A stretch of 47,746 nt of DNA from a virus. Its lineage: Duplodnaviria; Caudoviricetes. The position numbers and the translations under genes were made by a program. Location of the stretch: positions 1 to 47,746 of IMG/VR virus record IMGVR_UViG_3300035529_000008; one strand, given 5' to 3'. Under the pieces are notes generated by a model. The model was given only the letters and a program-made list of their open reading frames with translations, was not told where the DNA came from and searched no databases. Shown piece after piece: positions 18,544-28,975 of the stretch. Numbering within the stretch: position 1 is the stretch's first letter; each line of letters starts with the position of its first letter.

Positions 18544-19653
18544 ATGTATACTCTCAATCCTTTTCCAGATACAGATAACGATCTATATGATATAGATCTT
18601 TCTGAAACAGATATATTTACATACATACAAGAAGAATTAGAACTCAATGAAGCTATAGAAGATCTGAATACACATATGTCAGATATCTCTAACTATACAA
18701 AAATTATAACAGATCGATATATGGTATTGGAACGTGCTGCTACTGAAGGTATAAATAGATCTATTATTGAATATCTGGACGATAAAGAATTAGTTAAACA
18801 AGTACCTGCATTTGGTAATTTAGGTAGAGATTATACAATTATAAATATACCTGGAGAAGAACGACTCAATATAGTTAAAGATTGGGTAAAATCTATTATT
18901 CGTAAAATTTCAGAAACAGTAGTCAAAATCAATACAGTAATAATCAAACTCAATAATCTGACAAGTAAACTAAAGCATATCATCAAAACTATGAGTTCAA
19001 AAATTAAAAATATGAAAGTAAGTACTTCTCGTAAAAAAGAAGTGAAGATGACAAACTTTACAGCTAAAGGATTTAGTATGTATGATAAAGCTGTAAGTGA
19101 TATTGGGAAATTAATAAACAAATCAAATCTGGAACCTAAAGCTATCATTAAAGAATTACGAACTCAGTTAGATAAAAAGGAATTAGATAAAACTGCATTC
19201 AAAAAACTATTGAATGATAAATTATCTCGATATGCTAAAGAATTAAATCTTTTAGGTTTTCAGATCAATTCTTCAACTAAAAGTGTGGAAAGTGTATCTC
19301 CAGCATATAAGAAAGCTATCATCAACGAAAGTCTTGATAAACTTGGTTGGGATAAAGATAAGAGTATAGCATCATTAGATTCTACATATTTACAATTGGA
19401 TAATATCAAAGAACCTTTAAAGTTAGGTGAAGATTGTAAAGATGCGATGCATAAATTGACTACTATATTAGATGGAGTCATCAAGAATGATCAAGAAGCA
19501 GATACGCTTATCAAGAATATAACTTTTGAAGGACAAACTACTTTAACGAATATGAATAAGATAGTATTTTCATATATAGCTAAAATCAAATTACAATCCA
19601 GTATGGCAATCCTTCTAGGTAGAACTATGTTACAATGTAAGTTAGGAGAATAA
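18544..19653 (+). CDS. Probable virion inner-head protein (phiKZ head-protein-like)
   Basis: Acidic N-terminal propeptide-like region, AATEG candidate prohead-protease site, amphipathic VKDWVKSIIRKI helix, basic helical body. Confidence 0.6.
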   Translation: MYTLNPFPDTDNDLYDIDLSETDIFTYIQEELELNEAIEDLNTHMSDISNYTKIITDRYMVLERAATEGINRSIIEYLDDKELVKQVPAFGNLGRDYTIINIPGEERLNIVKDWVKSIIRKISETVVKINTVIIKLNNLTSKLKHIIKTMSSKIKNMKVSTSRKKEVKMTNFTAKGFSMYDKAVSDIGKLINKSNLEPKAIIKELRTQLDKKELDKTAFKKLLNDKLSRYAKELNLLGFQINSSTKSVESVSPAYKKAIINESLDKLGWDKDKSIASLDSTYLQLDNIKEPLKLGEDCKDAMHKLTTILDGVIKNDQEADTLIKNITFEGQTTLTNMNKIVFSYIAKIKLQSSMAILLGRTMLQCKLGE

Positions 19654-19674
19654 TTTCATATAAAAGATACTTTT

Positions 19675-19709
19675 ATCTACTCCCTACCCAATAGAGGTAG
19701 GGAGTAGAT
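19675..19709. terminator. Bidirectional terminator-like hairpin
   Basis: atctactccctacc-caataga-ggtagggagtagat between convergent genes. Confidence 0.8.
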
Positions 19710-19729
19710 GTAGTATCAATTAGTAAGTA

Positions 19730-22615
19730 TTATTCAGATTTGATAAATGATATATTTATATCTTTCTTCAATGAAAGAGAATTATTATCATATTCAAGAA
19801 TTCTCTTAATTGAAGGCCGAATACTCTGATCAGCAACAATAAGTGTTTGAAGATTGATATCGTCATTTATTCCACCAATATCGATAGTATCTATATATCC
19901 TGATAGATCTGTCATAATCAGTTCACTAATCTTAGTCATAGAGATTATCTTTTCAGATAATACTTTTTCTATATTCGATTCAGTTACTTGAGAAATGAGA
20001 TTCAGAATTTGTGGATCAGTATATACATATGTAGGTACATAAAATCTGATATCGAAACTTAAATCTAGAGGCATAGTTACTGTACGACCATTACCTACAT
20101 TAAACTTACCAATACCCAAAGTTTGATATGGTTTAAAGTATAGATCTGTACGTTCCAAGAGTTGAGTACTAGAAGTAGCAATCTCATCCAAATATGATTT
20201 GATAGCACCTACTAGTTCAGATCGATAACTATTAACATTTGTAGTATCAGTTTTGAAGGGCTTATAGTCGAATTGTATATTATCAATATAATATTCAATC
20301 ATTCGAGTATCAGATACTATCGGATTGCCATCTACATCACGCATGATGTCGCCGATATGATGCTTTATTTTGGGAAGCGAATTTTCATCATAGACTATAT
20401 CACCAGCAGTATGTAATTTATTCAGTACAATTTGATCATTCTCATCTAAAGTATATACCAAAGCTCCAGTTTCATCTACTTCATACACATCTTCAGGATA
20501 TGTAAAATATACAACATCTTCATATGTTACATAATCTTGAGCAGTCCAATTAATATCTACATTATTCAGAATAGTATTAGATAAGTTACTACCAAATATA
20601 CAAGTCATCTTTTGTTTAGAAGAACATAAGTATTCTGAATATTGATTCGTTGGAAGATTAGCATACATAGTATCTACTTGTTGAGCATTTGGAAAATGAT
20701 TCTTTTTAACTAAGGTAGTCAGATGTATATCAGATTCTAACTCAATATAATGAGTCTGAACAACTCCTTGTGTAGTTTCTAAGTTAGTAACACTTAACCT
20801 ATGTTGCTCGTTGATATGATAATTTGTTTGTATAGGTAATTTGTATATACTTGTACCATTACTATCTCCAACATATGTACATCTACCACCAATATAAGTA
20901 CCTGTTCCCGTTTGGATCTGAAGATATACAACTATATCCTCTTCAGGGAGAGTAGTGAGATCTCTGGATTTGTCAATACCTAATCTCAATTCATATCCAC
21001 CAGTAGTGTTATCTAAGTGTATCAGTTTAGCTGCTACAGCTACCAATTGTGCACTTAGTGTAGGATTATCTTCAACAAATGTAAGGTTGTAAGTATCTGG
21101 AGTCATATCAAAACTTTCAGCTCTAGGATACTTTTCATCTGAAATCAATCGAATATGAAAAGGATTTTGTGTATAGGTCTGTTCGTTGAGAGCTTCAGCT
21201 AGTTCCCTCTTAGGTTTTGACAATAGTGCTGTTTTTTCTGAATCTGTCAATGGTACACATATATCACTATTGGAGTTATATTTATATAGAGTAGTTGGAA
21301 GAATAGTAATTGATCCATCTACATTTGTTATGATAGTAGATACATCAGATGTATTAACTTCTGAAATCTTTATATATGTATTTGTAACTGAAATCAAAGT
21401 ATCATCACTATCCTTAATCGGAACATATCCAAAATATATCCTTTCTGTCAAATTATCTTTATATTTTACAATTTCAATATTCTTCTTGGCAAAATGATTT
21501 TCTAATTCAATAGGTGTAACTAATACACTTTCATGTAAAGTATCGTCGATTATATATTGACGTAATTGTTCATACGTATAACCATTAGATCCACCAATCA
21601 ACTTATCAGTAACAGGTTGTAAGAGTATAGTAGGTATATTATTAAGAATTGTTGAATATTCTGTAGTATCTTTATGGGTCAGTGCAAAGTTAGCATTTTT
21701 AGCTGAATCATTAATTTCGGAAATATCAACATCGAGATATCCTTTAGTAGTATATAATTCAATTTCTAATTTATTTCCCATCAATCCATTTGAGAAATAT
21801 ACTTGAGGAACTGATATCTTGACTTCTTGTGTTTCTTCAAAGATAGATAATTTAGCTGTTGGTACATATGGATCATATACTGTATCCGATAAAGTATATC
21901 CGAGTTCTATAGACTCACCATTTTTAGTAGTCCAAATTCTAGCCGCATAAAATTTATCATTGTATCTATATTTCTTTACAAACCCTAAAGCTGGAGTAAT
22001 ATCTTCTAAAATAGTGGATCTACTAAATTGATATACTGGAACTGTAATTGAGAGAATAGATAGACTTTTATAAGTATATTCTCTTTTGGTAATCGTATTA
22101 TCTTTAAGAGTATATAACGGATTAATTGTTGATGTATCATATACAACTGTAATACTATCTGTACTTCTACTTATCTGAATTTCGATAGGATAATATAATC
22201 CAAATTGATATTTACCTATATTGAATATTGTATTCTTAGGAATAATAACTTTGTTATGATTATTGTTGACTTTCTTTGCATGTTTTATTAGATAAGCTCT
22301 ATCTAATAGAATCTGTAACGATAGATCTGCAGGTAAACTATATACTCCAACATAATCATAATCTGACATATGTTTATAGAGATCTTCTGAAGTTTGAGCC
22401 CTTTTGGGATATACAGGAGCTAAAGCATTTTCTACTCGCAAAATACTATCTGCAGTCATAGTAGAAGTAGCTTCTAATAGAAAATTGAAAGTATTATTTG
22501 GATCAACTATACTGACTTTACCTTCTAACCTATTTTGGTGTTCTTCTAATACTTTACTCTGTATTAGATTAGGATTTCTATATAGGGTTAATCCTAATTC
22601 ATTATTATCCAACAT
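19730..22615 (-). CDS. Large virion structural protein, probable baseplate component (phiKZ gp87-like)
   Basis: 961 aa; NPNLIQ, VDPNNTFNFLLE, YPKRAQTSEDLYKHMSD, ELYTTKG, GGSNG motifs; synteny with divergent gp88/89/90-like genes. Confidence 0.7.
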   Translation of the reverse strand: MLDNNELGLTLYRNPNLIQSKVLEEHQNRLEGKVSIVDPNNTFNFLLEATSTMTADSILRVENALAPVYPKRAQTSEDLYKHMSDYDYVGVYSLPADLSLQILLDRAYLIKHAKKVNNNHNKVIIPKNTIFNIGKYQFGLYYPIEIQISRSTDSITVVYDTSTINPLYTLKDNTITKREYTYKSLSILSITVPVYQFSRSTILEDITPALGFVKKYRYNDKFYAARIWTTKNGESIELGYTLSDTVYDPYVPTAKLSIFEETQEVKISVPQVYFSNGLMGNKLEIELYTTKGYLDVDISEINDSAKNANFALTHKDTTEYSTILNNIPTILLQPVTDKLIGGSNGYTYEQLRQYIIDDTLHESVLVTPIELENHFAKKNIEIVKYKDNLTERIYFGYVPIKDSDDTLISVTNTYIKISEVNTSDVSTIITNVDGSITILPTTLYKYNSNSDICVPLTDSEKTALLSKPKRELAEALNEQTYTQNPFHIRLISDEKYPRAESFDMTPDTYNLTFVEDNPTLSAQLVAVAAKLIHLDNTTGGYELRLGIDKSRDLTTLPEEDIVVYLQIQTGTGTYIGGRCTYVGDSNGTSIYKLPIQTNYHINEQHRLSVTNLETTQGVVQTHYIELESDIHLTTLVKKNHFPNAQQVDTMYANLPTNQYSEYLCSSKQKMTCIFGSNLSNTILNNVDINWTAQDYVTYEDVVYFTYPEDVYEVDETGALVYTLDENDQIVLNKLHTAGDIVYDENSLPKIKHHIGDIMRDVDGNPIVSDTRMIEYYIDNIQFDYKPFKTDTTNVNSYRSELVGAIKSYLDEIATSSTQLLERTDLYFKPYQTLGIGKFNVGNGRTVTMPLDLSFDIRFYVPTYVYTDPQILNLISQVTESNIEKVLSEKIISMTKISELIMTDLSGYIDTIDIGGINDDINLQTLIVADQSIRPSIKRILEYDNNSLSLKKDINISFIKSE

Positions 22616-22647
22616 ATATCAAATCTCCTTTTATATCATAAATGGAT

Positions 22648-23835
22648 TTATCGACCATACGTATAACTACCATCTACATTTGTATGAGTATCATCTTTAG
22701 GAACATTAGGAATAGGTTCGACAATGACTTCTTGTGGTTCGTTAAGTTTACTTTCCAATTTTTCCATAAGGTTATCGAGAGGATCTTTCAATTCATCTTC
22801 TGTAGCTTTAAAAATGATCTCATTTTTGCCACTAAATGTGTCAATATAGGGTAATCCTCTATAATTGTAATATGCATCTGTAGGTACAGTTACCATAGAT
22901 GATGTATCGATAGCCGGACAAGATCTTTTCATAAGCATATTAAATTCTTGTAAGATAATAGGGTCCATATATTCTATCTTGTTAGCTGTATATGGGATAG
23001 AATATGATGATGTTGCTGAAATAAATGATTCGTGTTCATTGATATTAAATGCTGGACCTAATGGTACTGATTTAGGAAAACATCCAGTAGCTTTTGCCCA
23101 CTTAGTAATATATCGTTTACTAGGATCTAAAACAAACCTATAAATAGAACAAGTATAACACAATCTTCTAAGTTCAATATCTTCAGTATAAGGAACTACA
23201 GTTCCCTTAGTTACTAAGTCAATATATTTAATCCAAATGTATAAAAGAGCTAAAATAAAACCACCTTGTACATCTCGAAATGTCAAAGATAAATCATATG
23301 ATCCAGATAACCTATCACTTCCTTTAGCAAATGTCAAATTCTCACTATGATAACCACCTTCTGTAGTTTCTGTATCGATTATGTAATCAGGCCATCCACT
23401 CATCCCTATAAGACAATTAGTTAAGGGAGTAATAAAAGGAGATCGGTTATCTAGAAATGCTCCTTTATTTTGATCCATCAAATTTTTAATATCAGGACGA
23501 TTTGCATATTTCCTATCTAATAAACATCGGATAGTAAAAGCAAGTGAGTCTACTTTGTTAGTATCAAGACTCATGGTGACTCGATCTTGTCTAATAGATG
23601 TTGTAGTGAGATTCAATTTAGGTCTGGTAATGAATGTCAATCCTGTCATTTCTGAATTGGCAGGAAGTATATTACTATGATATCGATCTATACCCCTTAA
23701 GAGAGCTTGATATTGTCCATAGAAACTACCCATAGCTGAACCACGAAAGACTGATTCGTTGATAGCATGATATAGTTGTTCGATATCACCTAATGTAAGA
23801 TTTTTATTTTTATTATTTTCACCACTATTGGCCAT
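22648..23835 (-). CDS. Virion structural protein (phiKZ gp88-like)
   Basis: GLTFITRPKLNL, FITPLTN, SGWPD, YTCSIYRFVLDPSKRYI, EYMDPII..FN motifs. Confidence 0.7.
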   Translation of the reverse strand: MANSGENNKNKNLTLGDIEQLYHAINESVFRGSAMGSFYGQYQALLRGIDRYHSNILPANSEMTGLTFITRPKLNLTTTSIRQDRVTMSLDTNKVDSLAFTIRCLLDRKYANRPDIKNLMDQNKGAFLDNRSPFITPLTNCLIGMSGWPDYIIDTETTEGGYHSENLTFAKGSDRLSGSYDLSLTFRDVQGGFILALLYIWIKYIDLVTKGTVVPYTEDIELRRLCYTCSIYRFVLDPSKRYITKWAKATGCFPKSVPLGPAFNINEHESFISATSSYSIPYTANKIEYMDPIILQEFNMLMKRSCPAIDTSSMVTVPTDAYYNYRGLPYIDTFSGKNEIIFKATEDELKDPLDNLMEKLESKLNEPQEVIVEPIPNVPKDDTHTNVDGSYTYGR

Positions 23836-23975
23836 ATTAATTTCCTCCCCAATAAATTAAACTTATATATAAGATGATGTAAGGTATACATTTTATAATG
23901 TATATAACAAGTTAAGTAAAATTCCACATTTTGTTACAACATCAATCATTAACATTTATCATTTGGAGACGCTAT

Positions 23976-25016
23976 ATGGCTGAAGAAACTACACTCGGCA
24001 CTATCATTGACATATTCCGAAAGTATGAAGATACTAAATCTATCAGTTTATCCCAATATACGAAGAGATGTACTATCAATAGTCGATCGTATATCCAAGC
24101 TGATATTGCAGAAGAACCTATCGTTACTGATATTTTAAAAAATATACAGAATATCTACGTAGGTTGGATCTTGACAGCACTACAGATGGATACATATGTT
24201 AGTGATGGTAGAAAAGTAAGAGATCTTTTAGAAGTAGTTGGTACTGAATCATTTATTCCTAATGATCCTGTTATAGGATTAGAAGATTTTGGAATACCCG
24301 ATAGTTGGAAGAGATCAGAACCACAAGAACGAAAGAGTTCTACTAAACAAAATAGTGTCGAACTCAAAGATGTAAAATTACCTTCAGGTAGAATTATTAA
24401 AGTAACATTCGATAACGATCAAGGTATAAAGTTGGATATCGATTTGTTGTTACAGATGTTTCCTCGTATCCTTCCAAATAATGTATGTGAACAGATGCTT
24501 GCTCTTAACTTTACTCCAGAATTATCCAAACGATGGTTGCAGTATAGAGCTGGCGAATTGCAGTTTTGGAAAGATTTTGTATTTCAATTGGATTTATTAA
24601 AGAAGAGACAAAAAGCGCTAAAGTCAGATAGGTCTGGAGATCTGAGAAGTATGTTGGATCATCAGAAATCGGCTCTTTCTAGACAACTGTTGAAATTGTT
24701 TCAAGTATATCCAAATATGCAGAATATAGCTAATTCTGTTTTAGTTCTAGATAAAGCTTCCATGGATAGATACTGTTCAGCCAACCATATCAATTTCAAA
24801 AAGTATGCTACTCGTCAAAAGTTTTTCAATAAATCTTATTCTGTCATATTAGCTACAATTGATCCTATGTACAATCGTGTAGAAATGTATATTAATGGTA
24901 TTGATGCTAAATGTGAATATACATATAAACAGATGCAAGATGGTGGAAAATCCGATAAGGTAGCATTGTCTGATCTCATGTCATCTATGAATCAAGGTCA
25001 AGGTCCTAGATTCTAA
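23976..25016 (+). CDS. Virion head protein (phiKZ gp89-like)
   Basis: ATG at 23976 with ggag RBS; SLSQYTK, PSGRII, RW..YRAGEL.FWKDF, NIANSVLV, DPMYNRV motifs; final xPRF. Confidence 0.7.
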   Translation: MAEETTLGTIIDIFRKYEDTKSISLSQYTKRCTINSRSYIQADIAEEPIVTDILKNIQNIYVGWILTALQMDTYVSDGRKVRDLLEVVGTESFIPNDPVIGLEDFGIPDSWKRSEPQERKSSTKQNSVELKDVKLPSGRIIKVTFDNDQGIKLDIDLLLQMFPRILPNNVCEQMLALNFTPELSKRWLQYRAGELQFWKDFVFQLDLLKKRQKALKSDRSGDLRSMLDHQKSALSRQLLKLFQVYPNMQNIANSVLVLDKASMDRYCSANHINFKKYATRQKFFNKSYSVILATIDPMYNRVEMYINGIDAKCEYTYKQMQDGGKSDKVALSDLMSSMNQGQGPRF

Positions 25017-25052
25017 ATCATTAATCTTTAGATATGGGAGTATATATCTACT

Positions 25053-26039
25053 ATGAACTTCTTAAAAGCTTTAGGTATTGTAGTTGTAAATAGTGTTAAA
25101 AATTCAGCTAAGATGAATAGTCTTAGTAAGGCTGACATTATAGATATTCTAGAATTAAATATAGAAAATCATACTATTATGAAGACTGCTATCAAAGATC
25201 TTACACCTATTCAATGGAGAAATATCCTTATTAAGTATAATAAGAATATTGAAGCATATCAGAAGTTTCCTTCAAAGAAAGTCATATCTGAACTCCCTAA
25301 AGGTCTTCGCGATGAAGCAAGAAAAGCTAATGATGAAAAACCATTTAGTGCTTATTATAAAACTACTGATATGTTTATTAAGATCCAGAAAGATATATTG
25401 AAACATATAGATACTATTATGGAACAAAAAGAAGCTAACATTTTCAATGTCCGTATCTCTTTTGTTGCTCTGTTAGGTATTCTTAGACAAAGTGAGTTAT
25501 ATGGAACATATCTTTCTTATCTCTTCGATCAATTGATGACAGTTGCTGGAAATGATCAAGTTATCAATATTCCAGGATATCGTCCTAAGTATCTTATTGA
25601 TCACTATAAAGAGTTTATTGAAATTACTAATCTTATTTGTAATAAGAAAGGTAGATATTCTTTCTTAACTGAAATGGAAAATATGAAAAGAAAGAATGCT
25701 AATCTGGTTCTATACTCTAACGGACAACCCGCTTCGGTATTTGCAAAAGCATCAGATTATACTAAATCTACAGTATCCTATATCGTACATGGCCTATATG
25801 TACTCAATATTTTTTTGTGGATTGGCGAATCTATTGAGGATTACAAACATAGTCGATATCTTCGAAATCAAAATCTTAAACAATGGATGGAGAGTCATGT
25901 TGCCAATCTACGATTAGAATTATCCGATATGGACCCAGATAGTAAAGAAGCTATTCGTTTGCAAAAAATTATCCAAGCATACGATGTCAAAATCTCTGAA
26001 TATGATAGGAAGATAAATGAATATCTGGAATCAGATTGA
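25053..26039 (+). CDS. Virion head protein (phiKZ gp90-like)
   Basis: 328 aa; C-terminal NIF.WIG...Y...RY plus coiled coil; follows the gp89-like gene. Confidence 0.6.
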   Translation: MNFLKALGIVVVNSVKNSAKMNSLSKADIIDILELNIENHTIMKTAIKDLTPIQWRNILIKYNKNIEAYQKFPSKKVISELPKGLRDEARKANDEKPFSAYYKTTDMFIKIQKDILKHIDTIMEQKEANIFNVRISFVALLGILRQSELYGTYLSYLFDQLMTVAGNDQVINIPGYRPKYLIDHYKEFIEITNLICNKKGRYSFLTEMENMKRKNANLVLYSNGQPASVFAKASDYTKSTVSYIVHGLYVLNIFLWIGESIEDYKHSRYLRNQNLKQWMESHVANLRLELSDMDPDSKEAIRLQKIIQAYDVKISEYDRKINEYLESD

Positions 26040-26976
26040 TATCGTTGATGAGGCTACTAATATGGAGAAATGTCGAGAATATACAGATGCGCAATATGAG
26101 ATTTCCCCTAATAAAGTATATCTATTTGTAACTTCAGCTTTAGATCTGTTAGCGTCTACTTCAGGAGTATTGTCTCCAGGTATAGTTAAACTACATTCTA
26201 TAATTACTGGAAATATTGATACTATTGGGGATAGTTACTCTAAGAAATGTCTTTATAGTTATCCGTCTATATATGAAGTATTCTATAAAGATAGAGTAAA
26301 GACTTTCCTTTTGGATATATTCAAGATTATAGCAAATAGTCGTTATGGCAAATATGGAATCAACAATGAAGATCTAGTTATGTCTATTCCTATTACTTAT
26401 GACCTTAAACGATTGATTGCTGAATTCTTTACTTCTATCTCTCCAAGTGCTATCAATAAAGATGCACTCAATATAGCTAATCTATCTTTAGAGAGTTATA
26501 TTCGTGATGATAAATACCGATCTGGAAAATATTACTATACAGGTATAGATGCAGCTCTTGATAAAGTATATAACTATCTTCTTTATAAGAAATTAGATAT
26601 CGAAGTAGGTATTACTTTATTACGCTTAATCAATAATCTAATATATGGAACAAATCAAAATGTATCCGACGAATTACAATCTATACGTAAAGATGTTGCT
26701 AATATAGAAAATCGACATATACTCTTCAATGCTATATCTTATTGTTCTAATGAAACTATTGTAGCAGCAGGTATCCATAACAGTTACCTTCTCCCTTATT
26801 GTACCGATAAAGAAGTAGTATCATATTCTTCTAAAGGTAAATTGTATATTACTAATCTATTTTATATATCTAGAAATCGTCAATTCCTTAATCGAGATAA
26901 ACCTAAATACTATAAAGGGAGATCTGAATATGGATCTATTCAAAATGCACCAAGATATAATCGATATCGTAGATGA
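26017..26976 (+). CDS. Hypothetical protein in virion gene cluster
   Basis: 319-aa ORF overlapping both neighbours. Confidence 0.75.
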   Translation: MNIWNQIDIVDEATNMEKCREYTDAQYEISPNKVYLFVTSALDLLASTSGVLSPGIVKLHSIITGNIDTIGDSYSKKCLYSYPSIYEVFYKDRVKTFLLDIFKIIANSRYGKYGINNEDLVMSIPITYDLKRLIAEFFTSISPSAINKDALNIANLSLESYIRDDKYRSGKYYYTGIDAALDKVYNYLLYKKLDIEVGITLLRLINNLIYGTNQNVSDELQSIRKDVANIENRHILFNAISYCSNETIVAAGIHNSYLLPYCTDKEVVSYSSKGKLYITNLFYISRNRQFLNRDKPKYYKGRSEYGSIQNAPRYNRYRR

Positions 26977-27691
26977 TATAGAAAAATTGAAATATAAACA
27001 TACTTTGTATGTAAATACTATAAACAGTGCTAACCACTTACACAATTTAAAAGAGGTCGTAGATGCTTATGGTATATCTAAGTCCTTAGTACATCTCATT
27101 AACCGAACTGAAAATATCAAACTGGCAATGGAGGAATTGAATATATCATTAGATCCGGATTTGGTAGATTATCACTTTTCAAGAAATACTGATATAAGTA
27201 ATGCAATCTGTACAGAAATTGATAAGCATGTATCTACTCCTTTGGATCTCCAAAGAGAAGGTCATGATGATATGACACATGATATGGAAGTTATAGTTAC
27301 TAAAGTAAATACAACAATGAAAGATATGATAAATATTTTATCTCATCTCAAAGAGGAATTGAGCAACTCTTCGAAAGAAGGGATTCCTTCAAAGATGGAT
27401 AAATGTATTTTAGAATCTTATCCAAATCTCGATACCAGTTGTTGTTCTATTGTCTATCCAGATACTGCACAGACCATGGATAGTTGTGGACACGATAAAA
27501 CTTCAGTTTTAGCTACACTGAATGCTGCAATGGATTTTTGTAAATCACAAATCGTATGTAAAGTACCTCTCTCTGAAAAGATGGAAGAAACTAAAGAAAC
27601 CTTTAATCAATACAAGCTTGACTTCTATAAGACTTGTACATATGCATCACAATCTATGGCATTGGGACAAAAATACATAAATTGTTGCTAA
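26930..27691 (+). CDS. Probable virion head-associated protein
   Basis: 253 aa with gggag RBS; N-terminus GISKSLV..I and LAMEE resemble 18544 and 27774 proteins. Confidence 0.6.
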   Translation: MDLFKMHQDIIDIVDDIEKLKYKHTLYVNTINSANHLHNLKEVVDAYGISKSLVHLINRTENIKLAMEELNISLDPDLVDYHFSRNTDISNAICTEIDKHVSTPLDLQREGHDDMTHDMEVIVTKVNTTMKDMINILSHLKEELSNSSKEGIPSKMDKCILESYPNLDTSCCSIVYPDTAQTMDSCGHDKTSVLATLNAAMDFCKSQIVCKVPLSEKMEETKETFNQYKLDFYKTCTYASQSMALGQKYINCC

Positions 27692-27773
27692 TTGATCTTA
27701 TTTGATTGGTAATAATATGTATCTGTACCTAACACACAACAAACATAAATCCTAAGTTATCAAGGAGAAATCA

Positions 27774-28832
27774 ATGTCTAATTTTGCTGGTTTGGAAGCT
27801 CTGAATAAAAGAATGGAAGGCGATGCACCTGCTATGGCCGATGGTGATGTAATGGAAATGGCTGAACTCATCGCTTACGATTTTGAAGCTACTCTCGCTA
27901 TGGAAGATCTGACTGGCGTTCTGTCTGATCTGGAAATTTATGAGCAGAGTTATGCTGCTATCGAACGTCTGCATGACATCATCGATCGTGACGGTATCTC
28001 TCGTGGTCTGATGGAATTTGCAGATCCCAACAGAGAGTTGGAAGTGATGCCCGGATTTCCTGCTTTGGAATCTCTGGATATGGTACCTGTCAAGGATAGC
28101 AACGCTATTGCTGCCATGGAAGGTTTCAAGGATACCATGAAGAAGTGGGTTGAAAACATCAAGAAGTTCTTCAAGATGGTCTGGGAAAAGATCCAGAAAG
28201 CATTTGGTGCTGTGGTGCAGCTGTTCTCCAAGTATGAGACGACTCTGAAGAAGTTGGCTGAAAAGCTGAAGAACGTCTCTGGTCTCGACGATGAGAAGAT
28301 CAAGAAGGAAATCAGTTGTGTCGAGAAGGGTAAGTTGGATCGGCTGAGTGAAGTCATTCTGGAAGTTCAGGGCAATCTGACCAAAACTCCAGTACTGAAG
28401 GCAGATGAATTAAAAATGCTCGGACTGAAGAGAAAGGAAGAAGAGAAAGATGGTAAAAAGATTACCACTTATGAATCTGAAGATACCGATCGCAAGGCTA
28501 AGAAGCAGTCTCTGAAAGATCACGGATTTGACGCTAAGTGGTGTCAGAATAGTGTAGATGTTGCTATCATGATCTGTTCTAAGCTGCGTTCTTCTAAAGT
28601 CGAACTCAAAGCTATCGAAGCTGAACGTAAGAGTGCCGAAACTGAATTGAAATCTCTCGAAAAGGCAACTGGCGAAACTGACGATACAAAAGCTAAGAAG
28701 GAAAATGTCAAAAATATCGTCAATCGAACTAACAACATAGTTAAGCTTTACACTAACGTTGCTAAGTATTCGAAAGAGTACATCGCAAATGTTATCACTG
28801 CTTCCAATGCTGTAATCGCTGCAAAGAAGTAA
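27774..28832 (+). CDS. Abundant virion inner-head protein (phiKZ gp93-like family)
   Basis: aaggag RBS; acidic propeptide with GLE, AME and AAMEG sites; KKWVENIKKFFKMVWEKI helix; C/G-ending codon bias suggests high expression. Confidence 0.7.
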   Translation: MSNFAGLEALNKRMEGDAPAMADGDVMEMAELIAYDFEATLAMEDLTGVLSDLEIYEQSYAAIERLHDIIDRDGISRGLMEFADPNRELEVMPGFPALESLDMVPVKDSNAIAAMEGFKDTMKKWVENIKKFFKMVWEKIQKAFGAVVQLFSKYETTLKKLAEKLKNVSGLDDEKIKKEISCVEKGKLDRLSEVILEVQGNLTKTPVLKADELKMLGLKRKEEEKDGKKITTYESEDTDRKAKKQSLKDHGFDAKWCQNSVDVAIMICSKLRSSKVELKAIEAERKSAETELKSLEKATGETDDTKAKKENVKNIVNRTNNIVKLYTNVAKYSKEYIANVITASNAVIAAKK

Positions 28833-28840
28833 ATAGATAC

Positions 28841-28880
28841 GATATAGGACTAGTGGCCATATGGCCACTAGTCCTATATC
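28841..28880 (+). terminator. Perfect 40-bp palindrome, terminator-like
   Basis: gatataggactagtggccatatggccactagtcctatatc. Confidence 0.8.
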
Positions 28881-28975
28881 TATACTACTATCCATTAAAC
28901 TAATAGATATATATTATTAATACGATTGTAGTACTATCTTAAACTTTCATATTGACATACAAAAGGAGATTTATT

